Assembly (NCBI GenBank): GCA_015233495.1
Contig: JADFXQ010000001.1
Span: 2,790-66,789 of the forward strand
Direction: 5' to 3'
Length of the DNA stretch: 64,000 bases
Source of the DNA: Candidatus Omnitrophota bacterium
Lineage (GTDB): Bacteria > Omnitrophota > Gorgyraeia > Zapsychrales > Zapsychraceae
The notes beneath the pieces are model-generated. The model did not search any database. It was given only the letters and a program-made list of their open reading frames with translations, and was not told the origin of the DNA. Shown in pieces: positions 51,601 through 60,021 of this stretch. Both the position numbers and the translations under genes were made by a program. Every line of letters begins with the position of its first letter. The first letter of the stretch is position 1.

Positions 51601-54250
51601 GTGTCAGGATATCCGGATTCGTTAAAATGCCCTGAACTGCGCGATTGACCGCAAACTGAAAATTCCCTTCTAACCTCGCTTCTTCCGGAAGCTTGACCTC
51701 GTCCCGAGCTTCCGGCACATCCAAAAATCCCGCCAAATCCACCAATAGGCCTCCCTCCGCCACCGCCTGCGGCAATACCCGGTCCGGGATTTGCACAGCT
51801 TTAATCACTTCATACCTGCGGCCGAATGAAACCTCTCTTTTGGAAGACAAGGGGTCAAAAACGACACTGATCCGCTTGGCTTCTTGGTCCCGTTTTGCCC
51901 CGTCCAATTCATCCGCTTGTTTTGAACCCTTCACAAACATCCGTGACAAAACACCCGCGTCCATGCCTTTTCCATTATCCACAATCACAATTTCCCCGTC
52001 GTGAGACCAGATATGCACCCGCCGGGTTGCCGCGTCCGCCGCCCTTTGGGCCTTTCCGGTGTGGGGAACAAGCACAACCTTGCGGTCAAAATCGTTCAAT
52101 TTTTCGCCCTGCACATAAATCGTGACATCCGGCACATAAGCAAACCGGTTGGCCAACTCGGTGATCATTGTGTTTTGAAACGCCGCGTCCGCGTCTTTTT
52201 TTCCCGGCGCCCAATCCTGACTTTTAACGCGCACCACTGTGCCCTGAGTGATTTCATTTTCTCCCAGCGCCGCCTGTTGAAACACAGACCGGTCAATGGC
52301 TTTAATCTGAATATAATTTTGCCCGGACCGGCTTTTTAAAATCGTGAGTTGATAATAATCTCCGTCCCGGGCGCGCGTCAGCACTTCAATGCGGTCCTGT
52401 CCGCTGGGGCCCAACCATTCCAAGATCTGCTTCACGCCTTTTCCAAATTGTCCGATATCGCACCCCAAGGCATCCAAACTGTTGGACACCGCTTCAAAAA
52501 TAGCTTGGGTTTTAGGTTTTTGGCTTTGTTTATCCGTGAGTTTTTTCAGATAAGGATTTTTGTAAGTGTCTTGATTTATGCTGTCAATGATCGCTTTATT
52601 GTATTTGCCGCCGGATAATTCTTTTAAAAGGTCTTGGATGGCTGCGGCAAACGCTTGTTCCCGTCTCGCTTTATTCATAGCATCCAAGTCATAAGCTTGC
52701 GGAGCCAAACCCGCCAAAGTCAATACCTGCTTAAGGTGATCCGCTTGCATACCCAAACTCAATTGTTGCTGAGCGTGAAAAAAATGCTCTAAATCAATAC
52801 CAGAAAAACCCAATTCCGGGTCTTCATAAGCAAAGGCTTCCGAACTGATTTGGACTTCAGCCGGTTTCGGTCCGGAGAACGACTCTTCATCTTTATTGAC
52901 GTTTATTGTTTTTCGGAATAACGACTTTAGTTTATCGAGCCAGCTCGCTGCCGGGGATGAAGACGACTTCATCTCCGTTACCTCCGAGGATACGGCCGAA
53001 ACCGCCGGGATCTGTTCTGCGTCCAGCCCGCCCCTGATTCCAATCGGAATGACGGACGGAGAAATCGGCAAAACATTGGCCGGGTTCGGAATATAAACCG
53101 CGGAAGAAACTGTCAAATCAAACCCGCCGCTCACATAGGTCCGCACGGTTTGGCCGTCGGGAGTGTCAACTGATTTTTCGCTGTTATATTCGCCGTTTTG
53201 AAAAGATTTTTTGTAGGCTGAGAAATAAGTGTCTTTGGACCAGGTTGTCTTAGATTCAAGACCCGTGAGGTTTTGTTGATCGATCAGGTTGGGATAAGTT
53301 CCGGATTGGTTTTTATATCTTTTTTTGAACCATTGCGCCAAGATCAGCGAGTAATAAACTTGCCGAAATTGCGCATACCGTTTGGCTGTGTTGACTTCCT
53401 TGGTCAGCCGCGGAATTATGAGTTCGCGAATCTGCTGGGACGCGTATTCATTGATGGCTTTTAATTTTGGGTCAGTAAAATTGTAGTCCGGGTCGTTTTT
53501 GAGATGGTCCTGCTGTAGCATGACTTTGAGCGTGGCTTTGTAAATGTAGGCGCCCCCCTCCCCTCCCCATGCTTCGCGGGGGAGGGGTTTTGCATACTGC
53601 TTTTCTTTTCGGATTCGTTCGCTCTCTATCTTTTCCTTTCTATTTTCACTAATGATAATTTCCCCCGGCACGATCCACGGCCGGGTCATAGTCGGGATAG
53701 CGATTTCCTGATTGCCGTAGATTTCACCGGCTTTTTTATAGACCCGGGTCCAATATTCCCGGCCTTCCGGGGTTTCCTGGGACACGTATTTGGCCATGTC
53801 CTTCTTCAACTGCAAATCCGCGGCCAGCAAAATCCGCCCGATATCCGTGCGCGCTAATTGCGGGTCAATGCTATGATCTTTGTCTTCCGGCCGCAGGTTC
53901 ACCCAGAACATACTGTTCGGCAAAGTCAGGCCGATAAAAAAATAATTCAGCAGGTCTTTGGCAGTGGATTCGATTTCCGGCGACTTGACATTTTTCTGAT
54001 CGCCTTTATCCAACAGCAAATCAAACTTATTAAGGGGAATGTTGTAAGCTAAATACCGAAAATGCAAAGGCCGAAACTTGTCCGCGACCAGCATATTCCC
54101 CAACCCGGACATCGCGCCGGCCACATCCAAAGACACTGCCAACTGCGCCAATCCGGTCTGCTGGACCAGAAGCAGAAAACTAAGCAGCCAAACTAATATT
54201 TTTGACCGAAAGCAGATCCAGGATCTGCTCAAGGTAAAATTAGTCCTCAT
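45689..54250 (-). CDS. Giant (2853 aa) secreted multidomain protein: conserved N domain, GHKL ATPase-like modules, beta-rich region, HEXXH zincin motif, conserved C tail
   Basis: Signal peptide; FWVNLRP, GRILLAADLQLKK and RTYVSGG; EAVSNSLDA/IGQFGKG/DNGKGM; ANAQDAGA/DDGPG/GFFGKGK; IIHELAH; NPGGVDL. Confidence 0.85.
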   Translation of the reverse strand: MRTNFTLSRSWICFRSKILVWLLSFLLLVQQTGLAQLAVSLDVAGAMSGLGNMLVADKFRPLHFRYLAYNIPLNKFDLLLDKGDQKNVKSPEIESTAKDLLNYFFIGLTLPNSMFWVNLRPEDKDHSIDPQLARTDIGRILLAADLQLKKDMAKYVSQETPEGREYWTRVYKKAGEIYGNQEIAIPTMTRPWIVPGEIIISENRKEKIESERIRKEKQYAKPLPREAWGGEGGAYIYKATLKVMLQQDHLKNDPDYNFTDPKLKAINEYASQQIRELIIPRLTKEVNTAKRYAQFRQVYYSLILAQWFKKRYKNQSGTYPNLIDQQNLTGLESKTTWSKDTYFSAYKKSFQNGEYNSEKSVDTPDGQTVRTYVSGGFDLTVSSAVYIPNPANVLPISPSVIPIGIRGGLDAEQIPAVSAVSSEVTEMKSSSSPAASWLDKLKSLFRKTINVNKDEESFSGPKPAEVQISSEAFAYEDPELGFSGIDLEHFFHAQQQLSLGMQADHLKQVLTLAGLAPQAYDLDAMNKARREQAFAAAIQDLLKELSGGKYNKAIIDSINQDTYKNPYLKKLTDKQSQKPKTQAIFEAVSNSLDALGCDIGQFGKGVKQILEWLGPSGQDRIEVLTRARDGDYYQLTILKSRSGQNYIQIKAIDRSVFQQAALGENEITQGTVVRVKSQDWAPGKKDADAAFQNTMITELANRFAYVPDVTIYVQGEKLNDFDRKVVLVPHTGKAQRAADAATRRVHIWSHDGEIVIVDNGKGMDAGVLSRMFVKGSKQADELDGAKRDQEAKRISVVFDPLSSKREVSFGRRYEVIKAVQIPDRVLPQAVAEGGLLVDLAGFLDVPEARDEVKLPEEARLEGNFQFAVNRAVQGILTNPDILTPDKIRYINMLVCGLDGLIGENGKHANVIDQIKMEIKKALKPWLKEYQAQGYLLLPYYTDFRKVQIPKGKEDKVIWLHEDLFDSTATFIASQLGGQVIPDKLLKGELSVVVLPFTAESLAAVNGKAVSSEQVDRDLALVRAKDFVAVPSGKGRNSFGQRLFELAKKSTGLNAQERKELAHMWEQINKMTGEALVTGYEMRPGFAEANVIDAPTAAPAKPAWPAVSNAGSIGAAAEQRFREDLSRPPATAFVPGPSQTVVAPFAEGSQAAPADSIFLFSKPSDAPAEDHIEIGIARFIRMEDNYFMRIFSRKVDIYNPAGELLWTVHDCYMVSHTDRFLIVEYVDQAGGKEIIDIRNLPTTRSARKRAWDIQLSASGRFSVQRFKNEIKYCDHDAALPQLTGFTSFREISEYVVHDKADVVIAKQRNNTYGLFSLESGKPLIWNAEHIEIDASGMIAIYKIGNKLGLINLKSGEPVTTRMPDFKEKIFISNDAGFVYVVFEGRDKNEMLTFLRNKNTLVLRQLYNEQSIPEFPSGQASPEFWQGYDISGSNIYQIADRFGLFMIMGTRIHYSSNPPTKQDRTTVELFGNVAVWRNIGNVQGDTLFRNLKSEVEEEQFDCGITTEILPLKGGKSWWVDRKDDSMLVVWDEGTQKFHSVNLSSLSITITKSREFILQGRLAIFDAQGNVREIPQGVPDAFAYVHVNGEYFVFTNASTGQSIYLDPRRTRVRTSALAPPTAIYEEIIRAFYANLSERIRAVSEVPIELPAAAPVEPERREDALWQEKIMSQGEAWIAQARAAYLGFAALVPEECADYQDEINGRIEAGIDRLFAKQTAEIRRRFAAAAQGQELDLTGLPFELFERRMARIMSGLPGYLETVAERLPNVHKTRRAFYTQLFGSLFQMALDEDAATDLSLEAVLALGGGWQMDTVEQVRALEAVIQLIRALTTFTGINTSGLLDAVAFLARFAGNDPVHHIPIMTKQISRILTAEEQSKVNFLKKLCSSFQTVGIRLLLAYADDPLAGHDMGYARPVVAFLTQEIDELPHRGQPVLPNGEDVLLADGTGHYPQGIDLSRLNDLERRRPKNGQPVIAMDDLIAAIQDPAVSLPETDPQSEKDVLFDVKVQGEADAAAREGPANAQDAGAKTLVIDHYLQDNNGEEEYVEAFQDDGPGAAYAAALLIKVSTKEADEQEHSAGFFGKGKYTFLAGVDRVEIITCRQGTGYMFVIQVSKDAFGNPLHVKLTRIRKISDPNVQDGVLIRRIKKAKDTIPEFDAMLSERAYKIFSGLSSTADGPRTSGGFGIYFRRGIDGETHNELLTVDHQVLSETDFKAILAGGKPITRQEFETQLPRPRRWWAGWAPRSWEWSRFAGIMVERGWAYRVGDNEITLREGWDQAEQAIRRTLEKEFPQAWDFLIASQTHTFDGKFKIISARDMPSQVVDKFGRRVCELDEAQYFALVPPALRKHIQQLGLIVQVPLPLTGNRDKFAHFDEHYKSIVQRYVAIEFYKALALRTMMPATAEQGQFTFEGFPVEWEREPREHYSLAIDQHDRAISALANKINAGQFSLISSEELESLPAQYGEKDLVVPNFVKLILMLNVPNPDRPGKTISLFGRRMKLQIEREKQRPSFLGKASKALQRAAEQAGYILEAVPQAEDIADFDEMVSKSIDVTTGIEQISHPEKFMINTSAYTDREKELRDLALSGARHFGIEQVVLLSDLPDESLRFAGAFGYYGPKGQEKPTMFLNRALAGQIGVAGPGVICQATDVIIHELAHLLEESVRTNLDVREQLRRGFVSTDSKSGFTHQPVGPFAQMMKWVACNWFVLEGEDSGIDPARADAAGSPVTTQLGATRRQSSPAPAESAENPGGVDLRELSPFEKGTNSLYGWRKMAAKLPADFNSRDEWAAIQAMLAEGGIPAIRRIANYVAASYQNGRLKKERPAVLGCIADILRLEEDEQSPTDPEMREMLVMLHSE

Positions 54251-54389
54251 ACTATAAGTATAGAATATAAATCGACGGAAAATAAGGGCGGAACCGGGTT
54301 TTCGAAAAAACGCTTTCTTGCTCGCGACTAAATTTCATATAACTATAATTTAGTCTTGACTAAAATAACCTTAGGTATAATATAGTCGT

Positions 54390-55604
54390 ATGTCAGATCG
54401 GCCTATGTATACTCATTTATGGCAAGAACTCTCCGCTACCAAGCCGATGGTTTTTTTAAGCGGACCGCGTCAGGCGGGAAAAACCACTCTGGCCCGATCC
54501 ATCTCATCTCTGTATGCCAACAACCTTTATACCAACTGGGATATTCAAACCGACCGGAAAACAATTCTTCAGAATCCATATTTTTATGAAAATCTGGAAC
54601 AAAAAGACGCGTCCCCCGCTTTAATCATCTTCGATGAAATTCACAAATACCGCGGCTGGAAAAATTATCTAAAAGGGGTTTACGATAAAAGCCACTCGAC
54701 CAACCGCTTCTTGGTTCTCGGCAGCGGACGGTTGGATATTTTCCAAAAAGGTGGCGATTCCTTGGCCGGACGTTATTACCTGGCTCATGTTTTTCCACTG
54801 ACCTTGGCGGAATTAGGAAACCGCCGTAAAACATTCCCTGCCTTCTGGCAAAATCCGCTGGATTTGGCGCCGGCGGGAAATTTGGAAAATGTTTGGAACA
54901 ACCTCAAAAATCTGACCGGATTTCCCGAGCCATTTTTCGCCGCTGATGTGAAAAATTATCAACGCTGGTCTAATACTTACAGCCATCAATTGATCCGGGA
55001 GGATATCCGCGATCTGACAAAAATACGAGATTTGGACAATGTGGAGGCCTTGTATTATCTCCTTCCTTCCAAAATCAGCAGCCCGCTTTCGATCGCCAGC
55101 CTCAGCCGGGACTTGCAAGTATCATTTAACACAGTTAAAGATTGGCTTGCCGTTTTTGAAAGATTATATCTCACCTTCCGTATTACTCCCTGGACCAAAA
55201 AACTATCCCGGGTTGTCACCAAAGAACAAAAATTATACCTGATGGATTATGGCCAAATTCCCGATCCGGCCGCGCGGTACGAAAATATGATTGCCGTCGA
55301 ACTTTTACGCGCCGTATCCCATTGGACCAACCTGGGTTTCGGCCGGTTCTCGCTCCACTTTTTACGCAGTAAGGAAGGCCAGGAAGCTGATTTCCTCATC
55401 GCTGATCGAAACACGCCGCGGCTCATCATCGAGGCTAAACTTTCCGATCCCGCGATCTCCGCCCCACTCTTGAAATTTCAAAATATGCTCAACCTCCCCG
55501 CGGTCCAACTCGTCGATAAAAAAGGTGTTTTTCGGATCAGCGCCAACGGCGCCAACCGGATCTTGACCGCTTCCGCGGCCGATTGGTTATCGCAATTGCC
55601 ATAA
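54390..55604 (+). CDS. AAA_14-type ATPase with DUF4143-like C-terminal domain
   Basis: GPRQAGKT, FDEIHK, GSG, DSLAGR, GFPE, KLYLMDYG, EADF and IEAK motifs. Confidence 0.9.
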   Translation: MSDRPMYTHLWQELSATKPMVFLSGPRQAGKTTLARSISSLYANNLYTNWDIQTDRKTILQNPYFYENLEQKDASPALIIFDEIHKYRGWKNYLKGVYDKSHSTNRFLVLGSGRLDIFQKGGDSLAGRYYLAHVFPLTLAELGNRRKTFPAFWQNPLDLAPAGNLENVWNNLKNLTGFPEPFFAADVKNYQRWSNTYSHQLIREDIRDLTKIRDLDNVEALYYLLPSKISSPLSIASLSRDLQVSFNTVKDWLAVFERLYLTFRITPWTKKLSRVVTKEQKLYLMDYGQIPDPAARYENMIAVELLRAVSHWTNLGFGRFSLHFLRSKEGQEADFLIADRNTPRLIIEAKLSDPAISAPLLKFQNMLNLPAVQLVDKKGVFRISANGANRILTASAADWLSQLP

Positions 55605-55655
55605 AGTTTACGGTACAACGTAAAAAAGTCCTGACTTTTTTACGTTAAACTTTAT
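55601..55655. terminator. Long hairpin after the AAA gene
   Basis: ATAAAGTTTA...AACGTAAAAAAGTC-CT-GACTTTTTTACGTT...TAAACTTTAT followed by a T-run. Confidence 0.5.
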
Positions 55656-55789
55656 TTTTGTCTTAACGAAATTAACTTCGAGTCTTATTTAATTCCGCAT
55701 TTTCCTAAACTTCTTTATTGACATTCCCGGAAAAGAATTGAAGATTAGTAGTGTTCCAGATTTATCATTCTTCTTACATTAGGAAAACT

Positions 55790-57319
55790 ATGGCACAAAA
55801 AACCGCGATTATTATCGGCGCCGGACCCGCGGGACTTACCGCGGCTTATGAACTGCTCAAACGCACGGACATTAAACCCATTGTTTTGGAAGCGACGCAA
55901 GACATCGGCGGGATTTCCCAGACGATTGTGTATAAGGGCAACCGCATTGATATCGGCGGGCACCGGTTTTTTTCCAAGTCCGACGTGGTCATGGATTGGT
56001 GGCAAAAGATCATGCCTTTGGCCGAGCCGCCGGACGGGCCGAAACTTGACCCGGCAAAAACTGACTTGCTGCTGCTCGTCCGTCACCGCTTGTCCCGGAT
56101 TTATTTTCTGCGGAAATTTTTTAAATATCCGATCAACTTGGATATGGAATCCTGCCGCAACCTCGGCTTAGTCCGCTTAGTCAAAATCGGATTCAGTTAT
56201 ATCCGGGCGCTGATCTCCCCGATAAAAACCGAAAAATCTCTCGAAGATTTTCTCATCAACCGGTTCGGCCGGGAATTGTACAACACGTTTTTCCGCGATT
56301 ACACCGCCAAGGTCTGGGGCGCTCCCTGCTCCCAAATCAATCCCGAATGGGGCGGGCAGCGCATTAAAGGACTTTCCATTTCCAAGGCAATCGGCCATGC
56401 CTTGAAAAAAATGTTGAAACGCGACCAATCGATTTCCCAAAAATCCACGGAAACCAGTTTGATCGAACGCTTCCTCTACCCCAAATTCGGCCCCGGCCAA
56501 ATGTGGGAAGAAGTGGCCCGCTTAGTCCGGGAACAAGGCGGCGAAGTCCGCATGAGACAGAAAGTTACATCTCTAAAATTGGAAAACAACCGAGTCGTTT
56601 CCCTCGTCGCGCAAGACGCGGCTGGCAAGCAGCTGATCACTTTGACCGGGGATTATGTGATTTCCACTATGCCAGTCCGGGATCTCATTGCCGGGATAAA
56701 CAGCCCGGTCCCGGATGACGCGCGTGCCGTAGCCCAAGGTTTAATCTACCGCGATTTTATGACTGCCGGCTTTCTGCTGAATAAGCTGAAAATCAAAAAC
56801 CAGACGGATATTCCCACTGCCCATGACCTGGTGCCGGATAACTGGATTTATATTCAGGAAAGCGACGTCAAAATCGGCCGTTTGCAAATTTTTAATAATT
56901 GGAGCCCCTATTTGGTGGCTGATCCCCAAAAGGCGTGGATCGGGCTGGAATATTTTTGTAATGAAGGCGATGAACTCTGGCGGATGCCCGACGGGGACTT
57001 CATTCAATTTGCCGCCGGAGAACTGGAAAAAATCGGCATCATCGACCGCGCTGATCTTTTGGACTCGGTGGTGATCCGCAAACCCAAAACCTATCCCGCT
57101 TATTTCGGCACCTACGATCAGTTTGACAAAATCCGCCTTTTTACCGACCGCATTGAAAACCTTTTTCTGATTGGCCGCAACGGTATGCACCGCTATAATA
57201 ATCAAGACCATTCCATGCTCACCGCGATTGCCGCGGTGGACAATATTATCGCGGGCAAGACCACTAAAGATAATCTTTGGCAGGTCAACGCGGAAGACTC
57301 TTATCACGAATCAAAATGA
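55790..57319 (+). CDS. FAD/NAD-dependent oxidoreductase (UDP-galactopyranose mutase / amine oxidase-like)
   Basis: [36 protein letters not shown] and [15 protein letters not shown] motifs. Confidence 0.85.
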   Translation: MAQKTAIIIGAGPAGLTAAYELLKRTDIKPIVLEATQDIGGISQTIVYKGNRIDIGGHRFFSKSDVVMDWWQKIMPLAEPPDGPKLDPAKTDLLLLVRHRLSRIYFLRKFFKYPINLDMESCRNLGLVRLVKIGFSYIRALISPIKTEKSLEDFLINRFGRELYNTFFRDYTAKVWGAPCSQINPEWGGQRIKGLSISKAIGHALKKMLKRDQSISQKSTETSLIERFLYPKFGPGQMWEEVARLVREQGGEVRMRQKVTSLKLENNRVVSLVAQDAAGKQLITLTGDYVISTMPVRDLIAGINSPVPDDARAVAQGLIYRDFMTAGFLLNKLKIKNQTDIPTAHDLVPDNWIYIQESDVKIGRLQIFNNWSPYLVADPQKAWIGLEYFCNEGDELWRMPDGDFIQFAAGELEKIGIIDRADLLDSVVIRKPKTYPAYFGTYDQFDKIRLFTDRIENLFLIGRNGMHRYNNQDHSMLTAIAAVDNIIAGKTTKDNLWQVNAEDSYHESK

Positions 57320-58968
57320 AAAATCATCTCCGGTTAGTCCGGATCAAAACTGCCGCGTGTCTCTTACTGCTTTTGATCTTCACTACCGGCGTTTTCCGGT
57401 ATACCGTTTCAATCCGCAAGCCCTGGTTCGGCGGTCTATCGATGGAACATCATCACTGGCTGACCGCCAGCACCGTCAAATTCACTCAATATTGGCTCGC
57501 GGAAGGGCCGGTAAAACTAAAATTCGGCTTGATCGAAAATCCCGCCTCGATTGAGTTTCCAACCCTGCGCAGCCGCGGCCCTTATCCGTCTTATCCGCCG
57601 GGAACCATAATTCCGCTATATCTGATTTGTAAAATATTGCGTCGGCCGCCCACGCCGGCATTAGTCATGCAATATAATTTAACCAATCATTTTTTCATCG
57701 CCCTTCTCTTAAGCGGACTGGCATTCGCCTTTTGCCGCCGAATGGATATCAACCGGCTTGCGGCTTTGCTCTTTTCCCTGATCCCTGCGGGGATAGTCTT
57801 GCTGCTGCCCTCGCCGCTGTTTTTCTTTCAAAATGTCTTTTGGAGCGATCAGGCGATTATTCTGCCGTTTGTCCTGTTGGTCGGAATCGAATGGTTCCGC
57901 GACAACCAGGCCGGCGGCAAAAATATCGCGACTGCCGCAGCGAGCGGATTTTTATTATTTTACGGCGCGCTTACGGATTGGTTTTTTATATTCTTGGCGC
58001 TCGCGCTTTACGGCAAACGCTGGCTGCACGGGGAATACCGCGGCGGATTGAAAAAATACATCCTGCGATCCTTGGCGTTTTGGCTCCCCGTTCTGTTGGC
58101 AATGGGATTTTTTCTCTGGCAGTTGCACGCTTTAAAAATGCTCCCGGAACTCAAGGACCATTTTCTGCAGCGCGTCGGCCTTAACAGTGTCGGCAAAACT
58201 GAGGCCGATCATTTTTTTACCCGGGTATGGCAGGGACACTGCGTAGACGCCTTCGGCCTAACCGGCCTGCTGTTGTTAGCCGCAAGCTTGATCTTGTTCG
58301 GTTTAGGATGCGCCGCTTCCCGGCTGGACAAAAAAAAACGACTTCCTCAGGAGTTCAACGCGGCGCTCACTTTAACCGGTATGCTTTTGCTCCCCGGTCT
58401 GGCGCAGATCTTTTTTTTCCGCGGCCATTCCGCCGTGCATGATTTCTCGGTATTAAAACTCACCCCGGCCTTAAGCGTGGTCCCTTTTGTCCTCATCCCC
58501 GTCACGGCGATCTATTTATTGGCCCGGGGAATCCCGCCCGGGAAAATCAAACAGTTCGGCGTTGGCGCAGTGGCGCTGTTGCTTTTTAGCGCGGCCGGGT
58601 TCTACGTAAAAAAAGAACATCCGCGATTCAAAACATTTTTCCGGACGCCCAATCATTTTTTTGCGGAATTAGGGACTTTCATCGCGGCAAACACCCAGGA
58701 ACAAGACGTGGTTTTTTCAACCAAAGGCGCGATCGGCGCCAATCCGCCGCTGTATATCATTTATTCAAAAAAACGCGTTTATCCTGTCACGAAAGCAGGG
58801 CAAATTTTTTACTTAACCAAAGATATTCCCGGCAATTTTACCCTAAACATCTTAAGCAATGGCGTTCCCGAAACTGATCCGGGCATCAACGCTTTTATCC
58901 AATTGGCAGGGGAAAAAATTATCGGGCCCGGCGGGCTGATCTTATATAAAATCAAAGTGCGGCGCTAA
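57316..58968 (+). CDS. Polytopic membrane protein, probable GT-C glycosyltransferase
   Basis: Many TMs; YPSYPPG and LTDW motifs; ATGA-coupled to the oxidoreductase. Confidence 0.6.
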   Translation: MKNHLRLVRIKTAACLLLLLIFTTGVFRYTVSIRKPWFGGLSMEHHHWLTASTVKFTQYWLAEGPVKLKFGLIENPASIEFPTLRSRGPYPSYPPGTIIPLYLICKILRRPPTPALVMQYNLTNHFFIALLLSGLAFAFCRRMDINRLAALLFSLIPAGIVLLLPSPLFFFQNVFWSDQAIILPFVLLVGIEWFRDNQAGGKNIATAAASGFLLFYGALTDWFFIFLALALYGKRWLHGEYRGGLKKYILRSLAFWLPVLLAMGFFLWQLHALKMLPELKDHFLQRVGLNSVGKTEADHFFTRVWQGHCVDAFGLTGLLLLAASLILFGLGCAASRLDKKKRLPQEFNAALTLTGMLLLPGLAQIFFFRGHSAVHDFSVLKLTPALSVVPFVLIPVTAIYLLARGIPPGKIKQFGVGAVALLLFSAAGFYVKKEHPRFKTFFRTPNHFFAELGTFIAANTQEQDVVFSTKGAIGANPPLYIIYSKKRVYPVTKAGQIFYLTKDIPGNFTLNILSNGVPETDPGINAFIQLAGEKIIGPGGLILYKIKVRR

Positions 58969-58999
58969 AAATCAAAGACGGCGTGCGATTTTTTAGCGG

Positions 59000-59959
59000 C
59001 TATTCAAAATGATCGTCAACGGATAAATGACAGCCATGAATAAAATCTGCGGCTTCCATTAGCCGCGAAGATTCCGGATGCACAACAGAAATCAACAATC
59101 CCTCCCGGCCGGTTCCCACTAAAAATCCCGCTTTTTGAATTTCAAAAATCTGTCCCGGTTTTGCCGCTTTCCCGGGAACAACCGCTGCCCGCAGAATTTT
59201 TAACAATTTGCCTTTAAACGTTGTATGTGCGCACGGCCAGGGCTGCAACCCCCGGACCAGGCGTTCTAACTCGACGGCAGACCTAGCCCAATCCATCCTG
59301 CCGTTTTCTTTGTAGAGTTTAGGCGCGAAAGTTACCGCGTTTGGGTCTTGCGATTTTCCGGCCAGCCGGAGCGCTTCCCACTCCCGTAAATACGTCAAAA
59401 GAAAACCCGGACCCGCTTGCTTCATCCGTTCCCGTAAAGACACCGCGGTTTCATCCGGCGCTATCTGCATTTTGTGCTGAGCCAATATTTCACCTGCATC
59501 CATTTGGGGATTCATTTTAATCAGGGTGAGACCGGTTTCCGTTTCACCATTGATGATCGCCCAATTGATCGGAGCCGCGCCGCGGTATTTCGGTAAAAGC
59601 GATCCATGCACGTTGATCGCGCCCAGACGAGGCAGCGCCAATAATGTGTCCGGCAAAAACCGGCCATAAGCAATGACCAGAAATAAATCCGCGGCCAAAT
59701 TCGTCAACGCCGTAAGCAGCCTGGCGTCCTTAATATCTTCAGGCTGCAATACCGGAACGCCCTGTTGCAACGCCGCGGTTTTCACCGGGGAGACCGCCAC
59801 CTTCATCCCGCGGTCTTGCGGCTTATCCGGCTGAGTGACACAACCGACCACCCTATGCTCCGAGGTCAGCAATGCCTGAAGATGCGCCGCCGCGAAATCA
59901 TCACTGCCAAAAAAAACGATTTTCAATGCAGGATCCTCCAACACTAAATTGGCGGCCAT
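59000..59959 (-). CDS. fmt: Methionyl-tRNA formyltransferase
   Basis: VTQPDKP, NVHGSLLPKYRGAAPI and MDAG motifs. Confidence 0.95.
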   Translation of the reverse strand: MAANLVLEDPALKIVFFGSDDFAAAHLQALLTSEHRVVGCVTQPDKPQDRGMKVAVSPVKTAALQQGVPVLQPEDIKDARLLTALTNLAADLFLVIAYGRFLPDTLLALPRLGAINVHGSLLPKYRGAAPINWAIINGETETGLTLIKMNPQMDAGEILAQHKMQIAPDETAVSLRERMKQAGPGFLLTYLREWEALRLAGKSQDPNAVTFAPKLYKENGRMDWARSAVELERLVRGLQPWPCAHTTFKGKLLKILRAAVVPGKAAKPGQIFEIQKAGFLVGTGREGLLISVVHPESSRLMEAADFIHGCHLSVDDHFE

Positions 59960-60021
59960 AAATTATCTCCTTTTACAATTCTCCCATGTTAGTGTTGGGA
60001 TCAATAATTACTTTTTCAAGA

